DNA from: Chiloscyllium plagiosum
Lineage: Eukaryota
NCBI RefSeq assembly: GCF_004010195.1
Contig: NC_057718.1
Span: 51,902,373 to 51,966,372, forward strand
DNA length: 64,000 bases
Direction: 5' to 3'
Shown here: positions 25,923 through 37,075 of the stretch, piece after piece
Position numbering within the stretch: position 1 is the first letter of the stretch
Layout of the letters: every line of letters begins with the position of its first letter
Made by a program: the position numbers and the translations under genes
The notes under the pieces: model-generated
Told to the model about the DNA's origin: nothing
Seen by the model: only the letters and a program-made list of their open reading frames with translations
Database searches by the model: none

Positions 25923-28279
25923 CATTTGCTACGGAAAGAAGAAACAAAATCCTAAACAAGGAGTTGAAATGCTTCTACTTTGTAATATTGGCCAAGATAT
26001 TGACCTGCCTCTGTTAATGTGAATCTGAAACCAACTATCCTGCATGAGGCGGCCATCTAGCTCTTCTTTTCATTTGTCCTCAGTGCCTCTAATAAAAGAG
26101 CTGATGGCAACTGCACCCTTTGGTGGGAAGTGATCTGGAATAATTTATATATGTTATCATTAATGACTGGCCATTAAAATTCTATACTACCATGAAATGT
26201 TATACTTAGATATGCAGAGGAAGATAATTTGATTTTTTTTAGGGTTATTTATAATATCGGATGTCTAACAACCAATCTGTGATAACTGCTTTTATACAAA
26301 TAGCCAAGGTAAGAGTCATACTTTATGTTTCTAACACTAATTACATCAACCCATTAAATCACTTAAGCAATGAATTTGGTTATGAGGTAATAAAAATAAG
26401 CTGTGCTGGATAAATGGCATTCTGCTAAAGAAATTTATAAATGGCTCCATTAATTTTAGGACCCTAACACATACCTTAACTATATCCGTTAAATATTCCT
26501 GAGAACTATTTAAGTCGCTCACCACCACAGGATTAGATCTTAATCACGTACCATGCCGAAGACATTTCATATCGACATGCAAATAACCTTATGAAGTTAA
26601 CTGGGACACATATTTCTAATTTTCTTGAAACAATGGTCAGTATGAATTAATGAATGAGAACCAGTTTGAGTGGTTTGTGTTCACCAAATGTGATGAATAG
26701 CTATACAAATGTAAAATCATAAAAGAATTATGGAACAAGAAAGGAACTTCAATCATCTAAGTACATACAGTCATAATACCCTGAGGTCTCCGCTTTGCAG
26801 CTTCCAATTGTTTCTTAAATATTTTGAAACTCACTGTCTGTGCTGTTTTATCTGCAAGTCCATATTGATCATTCTCTGTCTGAAGAAAAGTATTCTGACA
26901 TCAGCCCTGAATTTTCATTTTATGAGTTTGAAGCTACTCTTACAGTTTAGTTCAAAAATGTTTCCAGAATTATCAGTTCTATATTGTTTCCTGTCATATA
27001 CCTGAACAAATTTACCTCTCAATCCCCTTGTTTCAAGCCTGAAAAACTCTGTCATAGCCTACTCTCTTCTCATAAATCATTCTTTTTTTGCTAAGGCTCA
27101 AATCATACCACAGAAACTTAGGAATAGGAATAGGCTACTCAGCCCCTTGAACCTGTTCCACCATTTAGTGAGATTGTGGTTGGTCTGTGGTATAACTCCA
27201 TAAACCTGCCTTTGACCCATATCCATTAATACTTGTGCTTATCAAAAATGTATCTGTCTCAAGTTTAAAATGAACAAACGATACCACACAACCAGCATTT
27301 CACTAAATCTTTGCAACTTTTCAAGGCAGTAGTTTCCATATTACAGTAAGTAAAGACAGTCTGAAGGTCTCAAAGCCTCTCACACAGCTACTCAGATGGT
27401 TAATTCTGTCAGTAAAGTGGGCATGAGTAGGGTGGCATGTAGGTGGGTATGTCTGTAAAGTGGCAGATGGTTGAGGGTGAAGTGGGCAGGTTAGATCTTC
27501 AGTGGTTGAGTAGGTAGGATGCTTAACGCATAAGGAGGTAGGATGGCAGATGAGTACAAGATAAGGTGGCTAGTGGGTGGAGCATTGGACAAGTAAAGGG
27601 CAGATAAGTGAGTGAGAGATTAGGTAACAGGTGAATGTGCGGGTGCAGTGGCAGAAGGTAAGCAGGTAAGGTGGCAGGTGGTAGATGGTTTGCAGGTACG
27701 TCGAGAGTAGGATAGCAACTAAATCAAGTCATAGAATGGCAGTTAACAAATAGCAGGGTGACAAATAGGTAGCCAATGGGTGTGTGAAGATGTACAGTGA
27801 CAATTAAGTCAGTGAAGTGTCAGAGGAGATAGAGGTATACATGATGTGATTGGTTATTGTGAGTGATTGTGGCTCAGTTTTATCATTAGCCAGGAATTAC
27901 AGCAAAGCATAATCTCTCCAACTTTTTCTGGCTAGCCTACAAAGTAAAGAGATGAATAAACTGCAAGTGCTGGAATCCAAAGTAGATCAACAAGAGGCTG
28001 GAAGAACACAGCAAGCCAGGCAGCATCAAGAGGGGGAGAACAGTTAAGGTTAAGTCAGAGCCCTATGAAATGTCGAACTCTAACACAGAATTTGAGACAT
28101 TTTTTCAGGATTCCGAATTTCTTACAATTGTCCATAGGAATTTTAAAATTGACAGGCAATTCCTGAGTGGTTAGCGCTTTGGGAGCTCTGAAAAGTTCTG
28201 ATATGCATCTTTCAATGTATGTCCAGAGAACAAGAGACCTAGACCCATGTATTTTCAGTACAGCTCATTCAGTGCCTAC

Positions 28280-28885
28280 AAAAACAGAAAGTGCTGGAAA
28301 AAGTCAGCAGGTCTGACAGCCTCTGTTGAGAGGAATCAGAGTCAATGTTTCAGCTTGAGTGATCCTTCCTCAGAACTGATGGTAGCTAGGAAGATGTTGG
28401 TTTACATGCAGATGACAGGGTGGGGGGAGGGGGTAAGTAGTAAATGATAGGTGTGGATAGAGCCACAGGAGAGCAAAGAGCAGTTGGACTGATAAAGCAG
28501 TGGATCATGATCTGGCTAGGAGGGTGAATAGTTTTTAATGAGGACTGTTAGCAGCTAACAATGTGTCACTAGAATGCAGTACACAAAATTGTGTGAAGTG
28601 CAGGTCGTGAACCTGTGTAGTCAAGGTAACTGTGGGAGGCAGTAGGTTTGTAGTGGATGTTGGTGGCCAGCCTTTCCCCAGAAATAGAAACAGTGATGTC
28701 AAAGAAGGAAAGGGAGGAATCTGGGATGGACCAGATGACAGTGAGTAGCTACTGTCAGTTCTGAGGAAGGGTGATTCAACCCGAAATGTTAACTCTGATT
28801 TCTCTCCACAGTTGCTACCAGACATGCTGAGCTTTTCCAGCAATTTTTGTTTTTGTTTTCGATTTGCAGCATCTGCAGTTCATTC
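28280..28885. mobile_element. Fold-back PLE derivative (family C)
   Basis: 28280-28387 is the inverted copy of about 28747-28855. Hammerhead motif in both arms; gatttgcagcatctgcagtt tail on the right only. Confidence 0.8.
28757..28794 (+). ncRNA. Minimal hammerhead motif (family C)
   Basis: aguu-CUGAGGA-a-GGGU-gauuca-ACCC-GAAAU-GUU^aacu; stem I aguu/aacu. Confidence 0.6.
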
Positions 28886-29792
28886 TGTTTGTACATTCAG
28901 TACATATGTGATTTGTTGGCCAGCATTCACCAGGATCTGACCTACTTGTCGGTTTTTACAACATTATTTGTAACATTTGTGCAAGAAATAAGGCTTCCAC
29001 TGATAAGTACATTTAAAATTATTAAATGCCTCTAATATTCCTTTATAAATGTATAATTCTGTATCAATGGTAGGAAACACTGAAATTATCACACTGTGTC
29101 TTGAAGTATCGAAAGAAAGCTGAGACAGATGTTATTGTATTAAAGATTAGATCACAGATCAATCTACTTCTATAAATTTAAAAATCTCCAGGTGAAGCTT
29201 GCACAGATATATACACAAGTTAAAGAAAGGTAAAGCAGCTGGAAATTGCAAGTACCCTTTAATAACACAGAAGTATCAGATGAAAAGCCAGGAGTTGAAT
29301 CACTGGCATTTATGTTTTGTTTTATAAGCTTTTTGATTGTTCTGAAATACAGCTTCAGGACTTATGGTCTGCCTCATCAGGAACTATTGTTCTTTGTTTT
29401 GACACTCAGAGAACAAATCTGACAACTAGGGACATCACAAAAGCAGGCTTTGAATCACATCAAGATGATAAGATACATCCTGTAGACTTGGCCCTCCACA
29501 CATACATTATTTGTTTAAATTATTGTGTTTTATAATAGCTTGGCTTTGCTCATTTCAAAATTCATGAAATTCAAAAAAAAACTTATCAATTAAAAGTCTG
29601 ATATGAATATGTTCTAAATATAGGCTGAAGTTAAAAAAAAGTCTTAAATAAAGGTTGAGCAGTTTGTATTCTTCAGAAACCATAATTTAGGTTATATTCT
29701 TGAGTTTACTCCACATTCAGCTTGACAAGCGAACAGTTTGACTCAAAGGTGAATATCAGAATTACTCATGTCACAATTAACAACACGTTAAA

Positions 29793-29926
29793 GTGAGGTC
29801 ATAGATTCATTTGCTGAGCTTTTGTGTTTTTCTGCAGATGTTTCATCGCCTCGCTAGATGACATCGTCAGTGAGTCTTTGCTAAGGTGCTGGTGGTCTGT
29901 TCCGACTGGTATTCATGTGTCTTCAT
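29793..29926 (-). mobile_element. Inverted pseudo-LTR arm of PLE family D with hammerhead motif at 29835-29872
   Basis: Reverse complement of about 32915-33025; ca-CUGACGA-u-GUCAUC-uagcga-GGCGAU-GAAAC-AUC^ug. Confidence 0.7.
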
Positions 29927-30204
29927 GGGCGGCACGGTGGCACAGTGGTTAGCACTGCTGCCTCGCAGCGCCAGAGACCCGGGTTCAATTCCCGACTCAG
30001 GCGACTGACTGTGTGGAGTTTGCACGTTCTCCCCGTGTCTGCGTGGGTTTCCTCCGGGTGCTCCGGTTTCCTCCCACAGTCACAAAGATGTGCAGGTTAG
30101 GTGAATTGGTCATACTAAATTGCCCGTAGTGTTAGGTAAGGGGTAAATGTAGGGGTATGGGTGGGTTTCGCTTCGGCGGGTCGGTGTGGACTTGTTGGGC
30201 CGAA
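29927..30204 (+). mobile_element. Young HE1-type SINE running into the assembly gap
   Basis: Near-identical to the 15958 copy with CpGs intact. Confidence 0.93.
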
Positions 30205-31195
30205 NNNNNNNNNNNNNNNNNNNNNNNNNNNNNNNNNNNNNNNNNNNNNNNNNNNNNNNNNNNNNNNNNNNNNNNNNNNNNNNNNNNNNNNNNNNNNNNN
30301 NNNNNNNNNNNNNNNNNNNNNNNNNNNNNNNNNNNNNNNNNNNNNNNNNNNNNNNNNNNNNNNNNNNNNNNNNNNNNNNNNNNNNNNNNNNNNNNNNNNN
30401 NNNNNNNNNNNNNNNNNNNNNNNNNNNNNNNNNNNNNNNNNNNNNNNNNNNNNNNNNNNNNNNNNNNNNNNNNNNNNNNNNNNNNNNNNNNNNNNNNNNN
30501 NNNNNNNNNNNNNNNNNNNNNNNNNNNNNNNNNNNNNNNNNNNNNNNNNNNNNNNNNNNNNNNNNNNNNNNNNNNNNNNNNNNNNNNNNNNNNNNNNNNN
30601 NNNNNNNNNNNNNNNNNNNNNNNNNNNNNNNNNNNNNNNNNNNNNNNNNNNNNNNNNNNNNNNNNNNNNNNNNNNNNNNNNNNNNNNNNNNNNNNNNNNN
30701 NNNNNNNNNNNNNNNNNNNNNNNNNNNNNNNNNNNNNNNNNNNNNNNNNNNNNNNNNNNNNNNNNNNNNNNNNNNNNNNNNNNNNNNNNNNNNNNNNNNN
30801 NNNNNNNNNNNNNNNNNNNNNNNNNNNNNNNNNNNNNNNNNNNNNNNNNNNNNNNNNNNNNNNNNNNNNNNNNNNNNNNNNNNNNNNNNNNNNNNNNNNN
30901 NNNNNNNNNNNNNNNNNNNNNNNNNNNNNNNNNNNNNNNNNNNNNNNNNNNNNNNNNNNNNNNNNNNNNNNNNNNNNNNNNNNNNNNNNNNNNNNNNNNN
31001 NNNNNNNNNNNNNNNNNNNNNNNNNNNNNNNNNNNNNNNNNNNNNNNNNNNNNNNNNNNNNNNNNNNNNNNNNNNNNNNNNNNNNNNNNNNNNNNNNNNN
31101 NNNNNNNNNNNNNNNNNNNNNNNNNNNNNNNNNNNNNNNNNNNNNNNNNNNNNNNNNNNNNNNNNNNNNNNNNNNNNNNNNNNNNNNNNNNNNNN
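30205..31195. other. Assembly gap (N run)
   Basis: Run of N. Confidence 1.
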
Positions 31196-32560
31196 TGACT
31201 GCATTGGCGCCACCTCGTGCTCCCACGAGGAAGTTGAGCAATTCATCAACTTCACCAACACATTCCACCCTAACCTTAAACTTACCTGGACCATCTCTGA
31301 CACCTCCCTTCCCTTCCTGTACCTCTCCATCTCCATTAATAATGGCAGACTTGACTGACATTTTTTACAAACCCACCGACTCCCACAGCTACCTAGATTA
31401 CACCTCTTCCCACCCTACCTCTTGCAAAAATTCCATCCCATATTCCCAATTCCTCCGCCTCTGCCGTATCTGCTCCCAGAAGGACTAGTTCCACCATAGA
31501 ATACACTAGATGGTCTCCTTCTTTAGAGACCGCAATTTCCCTTCCCACGTGGTTAAAGATGCCTTCCAACACATCTCGTCCACATCCCGCACCTCCGCCC
31601 TCACACCACACCCCTCCAACCGTAACAAGGACAGAATGCCCCTGGTGCTCACCTTCCACCCTACCAACCTTCGCATAAACCAAATCATCTGCCGACATTT
31701 CCGCCATATCCAAAAAGACCCCACCACCAGGGATATATTTCCCTCCCCACCCCTTTCCGCCTTCTGCAAAGACCGTTCCCACCGTGACTACCTGGTCAGG
31801 TCCACGCCCCACTACAACCCACCATCCCATCCTGGCACCTTCCCCTGCCACCGCAGGAATTGCAAAACCTGCGCCCACACCTCCTTCCTCACCTCCAGCC
31901 AAGGCCATAAAGGAGCTTTCCACATCCATCAAAGTTTTACCTGCACATCCACCAATATCATTTATTGTATCCGTTGCTCCCGATGCAGTCTCCTCTACAT
32001 TGGGTAGACTGGACGCCTCCGAGCAGAGCACTTTAGGGAACATCTCCGGGACACCCGCACCAATCTACCACACCGCCCCGTGGCCCAACATTTCAACTCC
32101 CCCTCCCACTCTGCCGAGGACATGGAGGTCATGGGCCTCCTTCGCCGCCGCTCCCTCACCACCAGACGCCTGGAAGAAGAACGCCTCATCTTCCACTCGG
32201 AACACTTCATGGCATCAATGTGGACTTCAACAGTTTCCTCATTTCCCCTTCCCCCACCTCACTTTAATTCCAAACTTCCAGCTCAGCACTGTCTCCATGA
32301 CTTGTCCTACCTGCCTATCTTCTTTTCCACCTATCCACTCCACCCTCCTCCTTGACCTATCACCTTCATCCCCTCCCCCCCACACCTATTGTACTCTATG
32401 CTACTTTCTCCCCACCCCCACCCTCCTCTAGCTTATCTCTCCACCCTTCAGGCTCTTTGCCTTTATTCCTGATGAAGGGCTTTTGCCCGAAACGTCGATT
32501 TTACTGCTCCTTGGATGCAGCCTGAACTGCTGTGCTCTTCCAGCACCACTAATCCAGAAT
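31196..32560 (+). mobile_element. Penelope-like element (family A; Cys-rich linker suggests Neptune type): RT C-terminus, GIY-YIG endonuclease and 3' end, pseudogenised
   Basis: DCIG...FHPNLKLTW...LPFL, FYKPTDSHSYL, SIPYSQFLRL, CHRRNCKTC, NIIYCIRCSRCSLLYIG*TGR, RRLEEERLIF; stops present. Confidence 0.92.
32465..32500 (+). ncRNA. Minimal hammerhead ribozyme motif at the PLE family A 3' end
   Basis: CUGAUGA-a-GGGC-uuuu-GCCC-GAAAC-GUC^ga. Core is perfect; stem I is very short. Confidence 0.75.
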
Positions 32561-33055
32561 ATGAATTCAACTGGGACAACGTAACTATTCATGCCCTTTA
32601 TTGTCTGTGTAATTGGAAGTGAGAGGATACTGGTTATGTCTGGCAGTGGTGAGTTGACGTTCATGTCCTTGTATGGCCAGTTTTCTTCCTATTTGTCCTA
32701 TGCAGTGTTTTTCACAATCCTTGGACACAAATACAAGTGGGACATTGTAACCATCATAATACAGGCAATACAGAGACACACGAGAGAACTCCTTGAAGCC
32801 TGGCGCTCCAACCGGAACTCAATCAATAAACACATTGAACTGGACCCTTTCTACAAACCACTCAGATACAGAACTGGAAGTACCAACAAACAGAGACACA
32901 TAAATATCAAGCAGGACGGACCACCAACACCTTATCAAAACCTCACTAATGATGTCACCTAGCGAGACGACGAATCATCTGCAAAAGAAAATTAGCTCAG
33001 CGAACAAATCTATGACCTCATCCACAACCTGAGCTACCAAACTTTTCAAAAACTC
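32561..33055 (+). mobile_element. PLE family D GIY-YIG C-terminus and 3' end with an internal inversion
   Basis: Minus 32590-32720 reads KHCIGQIGRKLA...DNKGHE (YIGQT motif). Plus 32723-32960 reads GHKYKWD...RELLEAWRSNRNSINKHIELDP. Decayed hammerhead at about 32943-32980. Confidence 0.75.
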
Positions 33056-33679
33056 CAAACAGGTAAAGTTCCCAGGCTGGTTTCTGGTTCATGTTCAGAT
33101 TACTAAGATAGACTGAGTAAATGGTAGGAGTGATATAGTTTGCCATCCATTGACTTTATCTGGAAGTTGCACTGTGCAAACATCGAGGAAGCTTGAATAG
33201 CCTATAGACATTCACAATCAATGCTCACAAATTAATTATGATACTTGAATGAATGACCACAGAACAACAAAGCAGGATCAAGAAGAACATTGATTAAAGA
33301 AAAAAAAAGAAGTGAATTAGGTATTATAATTAAATCATGCTCTGTGCAGTTTATAATGTCAAATGATCTCATGCTCAATGAATCTTGTTTAATTCACTTT
33401 GCAATTTATAGTGGTCATGAATCAGCAGCTCAGATAATCACCTGCAAGATGAAATATGATTTTATCATTATTGGATTTCCAATAATTGGAAGATTCTTTG
33501 CAAAAATAGCTTGTTCATACATTCACACGTATAGAATATTTGTGAATCAAAAGGCCTTCAAACCATTTTTAGGTCATTTGAAAATCAATCTTGGATCAAA
33601 CACATTGATTAAACACACAACTGTGACTTTCTTTTGTTGTCATATTGAATGGAATTATAGCATATTGACATGTTGAAAA

Positions 33680-33914
33680 GGAGAAAGTGCGGACTGCAGA
33701 TGCTGGAGATCAGAGTTGAAAGCTATGGTGCTGGAAAAGCACAATCGCTCAGTCGGCATCCAAGGAGCAGAATAGTCGACATTTTGAGCCTCAGCTCTTT
33801 TCTTCATCAGGAATGAGCTCATTGCTGATGAAGAGCTCATGCTTGAAACATCGACTCTCATGCTCCTTGGATGCCGCCTGACCGGTTGTGCTTTTCCAGC
33901 ACCACACTTTTTGA
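33680..33914. mobile_element. Mini fold-back PLE derivative (family A): two hammerheads back to back
   Basis: Arms meet at the palindrome aatgagctcatt. Right arm: ctgatgaagagctcatgcttgaaacatcgac. Tail on the left only. Decayed TSD tgacatgttgaaaa / tgatgtgctgaaaa. Confidence 0.8.
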
Positions 33915-35658
33915 CGACTGATGTGCTGAAAACTCCAGAACCAAGCAGTACATAGGGTGCTTTGAAGTCTGGACGTGTTCAGTCTAATCTCTGACTCCTC
34001 AGCAGGGTAAGGGGCAGGTCTGAGCCCTGAAACAGGAGGGAGGCATCCAACCACTGGGTCAGGGCATGAGACAGTGCTTTGCCTGAGAGACAGGACAGCT
34101 TATGGAGATGAGCTTCAGCAGATGAAAGAAGCATTGCTCCCTCTGGTCTACAAGGAATTCACCTTAAGGCTGTTCTTGTCTCACAATAGCTGTTGGATTT
34201 CCCAAAGCCCGGAGACTTGACTCATCACATTTAAACCAGAAAAGCAAGTTAAAGATGAAAACCTAATTTTAGTAGCCTTTTGGCGATGGCCTGTAAGGCT
34301 GGCAAAATGACACTGCAAGGCACGGGGATAACTGATATGCTCACAACACTATTCTAATTCAGCAAATGGCAGAAACTTGGCAAATTGGCCATCTGCTAGG
34401 AACTCAGTTAATTGAATAACAAAGTTTAATTTGCTCTCTTTTGAAGGGGAAGTGGGGCAGGGGTGGGGAGATTGGAGCGATGCAGGAGCTGTCACTGTGA
34501 AGAGAGATCATCTAGTGAAACCTGGCAGTCTGTCAGTGGGCTGTGTGAGGCAGGTATAGCTTTCCTGTTTGTGGGCACATCAGCCATTGAAACACATTCT
34601 CCTCACAGCTGCAGCCTCAGCAATGACCCGCAGCCTCAGCACAAGGTGACTGGCATGGCAGCTCTCAAAGAAAGCCAGTTGTCCTACGTTCCTCAACTTC
34701 CTTTTCTTGTCCACTTCAACCCCACTTGTATCCAAATCTACTCCCTCACTGATGATACAATTTCTCCCATTCTCCTTGAATCTGTCTAGCAGCAATTTCT
34801 TCCATCTAATGTGGCAATAAAGGATGTCAATATAATGCAGAAGTGTAACTGTACAGTTATGCTTTAAAAAGGTGCTGCTTCTGATGATAAAATCATATCT
34901 TTGCATTATCTATTGTCATGAAACTGATGCCATATACTCAAATGTCATGATTCAGGTTTAGAAATTACTCAGGAAATTGATATATTAATGGAATGCATTC
35001 ATAGGTTCTACGTTAATGTGAATTTTAATCATGTGCAATATTGTGAATGCAATTTAACATAAAGACACAGCAGAGAGCTGTGCAAATCGTGTCACATCAC
35101 CAGTCTTTTTACACTATATTGCAAATGCTCTCCTTTCAAGAGTTTATCCAATTAACTTCTGAAAGGAACAACTGGATCTGCTTCCACTATCCTTTTAGGC
35201 ATTGCAGATCATGAAAAAGGTATTTCTCCCTCATGTTTCATTTGACTGATTTGCCAATGTCTTTAATCCTGTCTCCTTCAATGAATTAATTACCTCTATA
35301 ATTAACTTTTGAGGAAACGTTGGACAGGCTACACTTGAATCAGCTGGAGTTTACAACAGTAAGAAGCAATTTGTTTGAAACACACAATTGAAAGATCAAA
35401 TTTCCTTTTAACCTTCTTCACTCTGAGAAGGAGAATACAATACCAGGTTCTCAATGTAACAAAAGTTCCTGATGTTAGTATTGTTCATTTAATTGTTAGG
35501 AAACCTTCCTGCATCCACTCTCAGGCCATGACACCCCTCCTAAAATAAATGCGTTGCCCAGACTGCACACTATCAGCTGTATTTTTACAGAGGCATGGAG
35601 CTTCATGGAGGAGTGAAAACCGCAGCTAGGACCATATATTGATATTCCCAATAACATT

Positions 35659-36211
35659 ATTTGGAGATGCGGACTGGGGTGTACAAAGTTAAAAATCACA
35701 CAACACTAGGTTACAGTCTAACAAGTTTAATTGAAAGCACTGGCTTTCAGTGCGCTGCTCCTTCATCAGGTGGTTGTGGGCACGTCAGCCATTGAAGCAC
35801 CTTCTCCTCACAGCTGCAGCCTCAGCACAAGGTGACTGGGGGCATGGCAGCTCTCAAAGGCAGCCAATTGTCTTACATTCCTCAACTTCCTTTTCTTGTC
35901 CACTTCAACCCCACTTGTATCCAAATCTACTCCCTCACGGATGATACAATTTCTCCCATTCTTCTTGAATCTGTCTTGCAACAATTTCTTCCATCTAATA
36001 TGGTACCTGATGAAGGCTGCCTTTGAGAGCTGCCATGCCCCCAGTCACCTTGTGCTGAGGCTGCGGGTCATTGCTGAGGCTGCAGCTGTGAGGGGAAGGT
36101 GCTTCAATGGCTGACGTGCCCACAACCACCTGATGAAGGAGCAGCGCACTGAAAGCTAGTGCTTTCAATTAAACTTGTTTGACTGTAACCTAGTGTTGTG
36201 TGATTTTTAAC
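35659..36211. mobile_element. Fold-back PLE derivative (family B) carrying a captured copy of 34569-34815
   Basis: Inverted arms 35688-35865 and 36015-36211; 12-bp TSD cccaataacatt at 35647-35658 and 36211-36222. Confidence 0.9.
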
Positions 36212-36499
36212 CCAATAACATTGCCAGGATTCTGATTTTTACTAGTTGCATTTCATGATTCAGGCTTGTACAGATTGTGACCTTGCATTCTGCAACTCTG
36301 ACCTTTCCAGGTCTGTTACTGGAGATGGGTAATTTGCAATTCTCATGGAGTCATGTCAACTATTAATGGATCCATAATGGTTCATGGTATCTCAGATGTG
36401 CCATGAACTACAGTTTTGATGAGGGAACGCTTTGCAAGGTAAGGTCAAAAGGTCTCACCAATGACCCAACACTGAGCTACGCCGCTGCAATCACCTGGC

Positions 36500-37075
36500 C
36501 CTTCATGCGCTCCATGCCACCCATTTTGCCAGTCAGAATATGAAAGGGTGCTGGATTGGATGGTGCAGGGGCTTTACTCCCAGCAGTAGAGGCCACAACA
36601 CCAGTCCATGCCAGTCTGCCTGCTCCAGGTTTGCCAACCAGGTTAAAGTAGTCCCCACCACCTGAGTGGAGGAATGCCCAGGGTTGTGGGAAGAAGTTAA
36701 ATTACATTTACAATTCCACCAGTGAAAGTACCACCACTTCTCTCAGACACCTCACACTCACTCTATGTCTGCTACTGTACTCACTTTCTGTGCTCCTTCA
36801 CTCTCACTGCAAAGTGTTCCATCATGAGGTGTCACCCACCCCAGCCCCCCACACCCTTTGCACTGTCTACTTACTCACTCACTCTCCACCCACCATCACC
36901 AAAGCTGTGCCAGTTGCTTTCATCACCCTTAATACCTGCTGCTTCCTCATTCGAGGAGGAAAACAACCCACAACAGGGCAGAAAGAATCAAGGCAGTGGC
37001 TGGCTGCCCAAGATTTGGCTCCTCACCCTTCATGAGGAGAGGATCCTGTCTTTGACTGCCATGAGTGGTTACTGA
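36500..37075 (+). mobile_element. Probable PIF/Harbinger Myb/SANT-like gene remnant
   Basis: aggaatgcccagggttgtgggaagaagttaaat gives RNAQGCGKKLN (RTxxQCxKKxNDL-like). Downstream: EKTTHNRAERI and LPKIWLLTLHEERILSL. Confidence 0.45.

Noticed and set aside
27400..27860. G/A-rich strand-biased tract as a G-quadruplex or regulatory element
   Set aside because: Looks like a degenerate low-complexity repeat with no regular G3 runs or other support.
30110..31488. 345-443 aa ORFs in the track
   Set aside because: Artefacts of translating through the N gap.
35688..36211. miRNA precursor or classical MITE
   Set aside because: The arms derive from a PLE pseudo-LTR plus captured intron, with a one-sided tail and a 12-bp TSD. 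The stem is far longer than a pre-miRNA.
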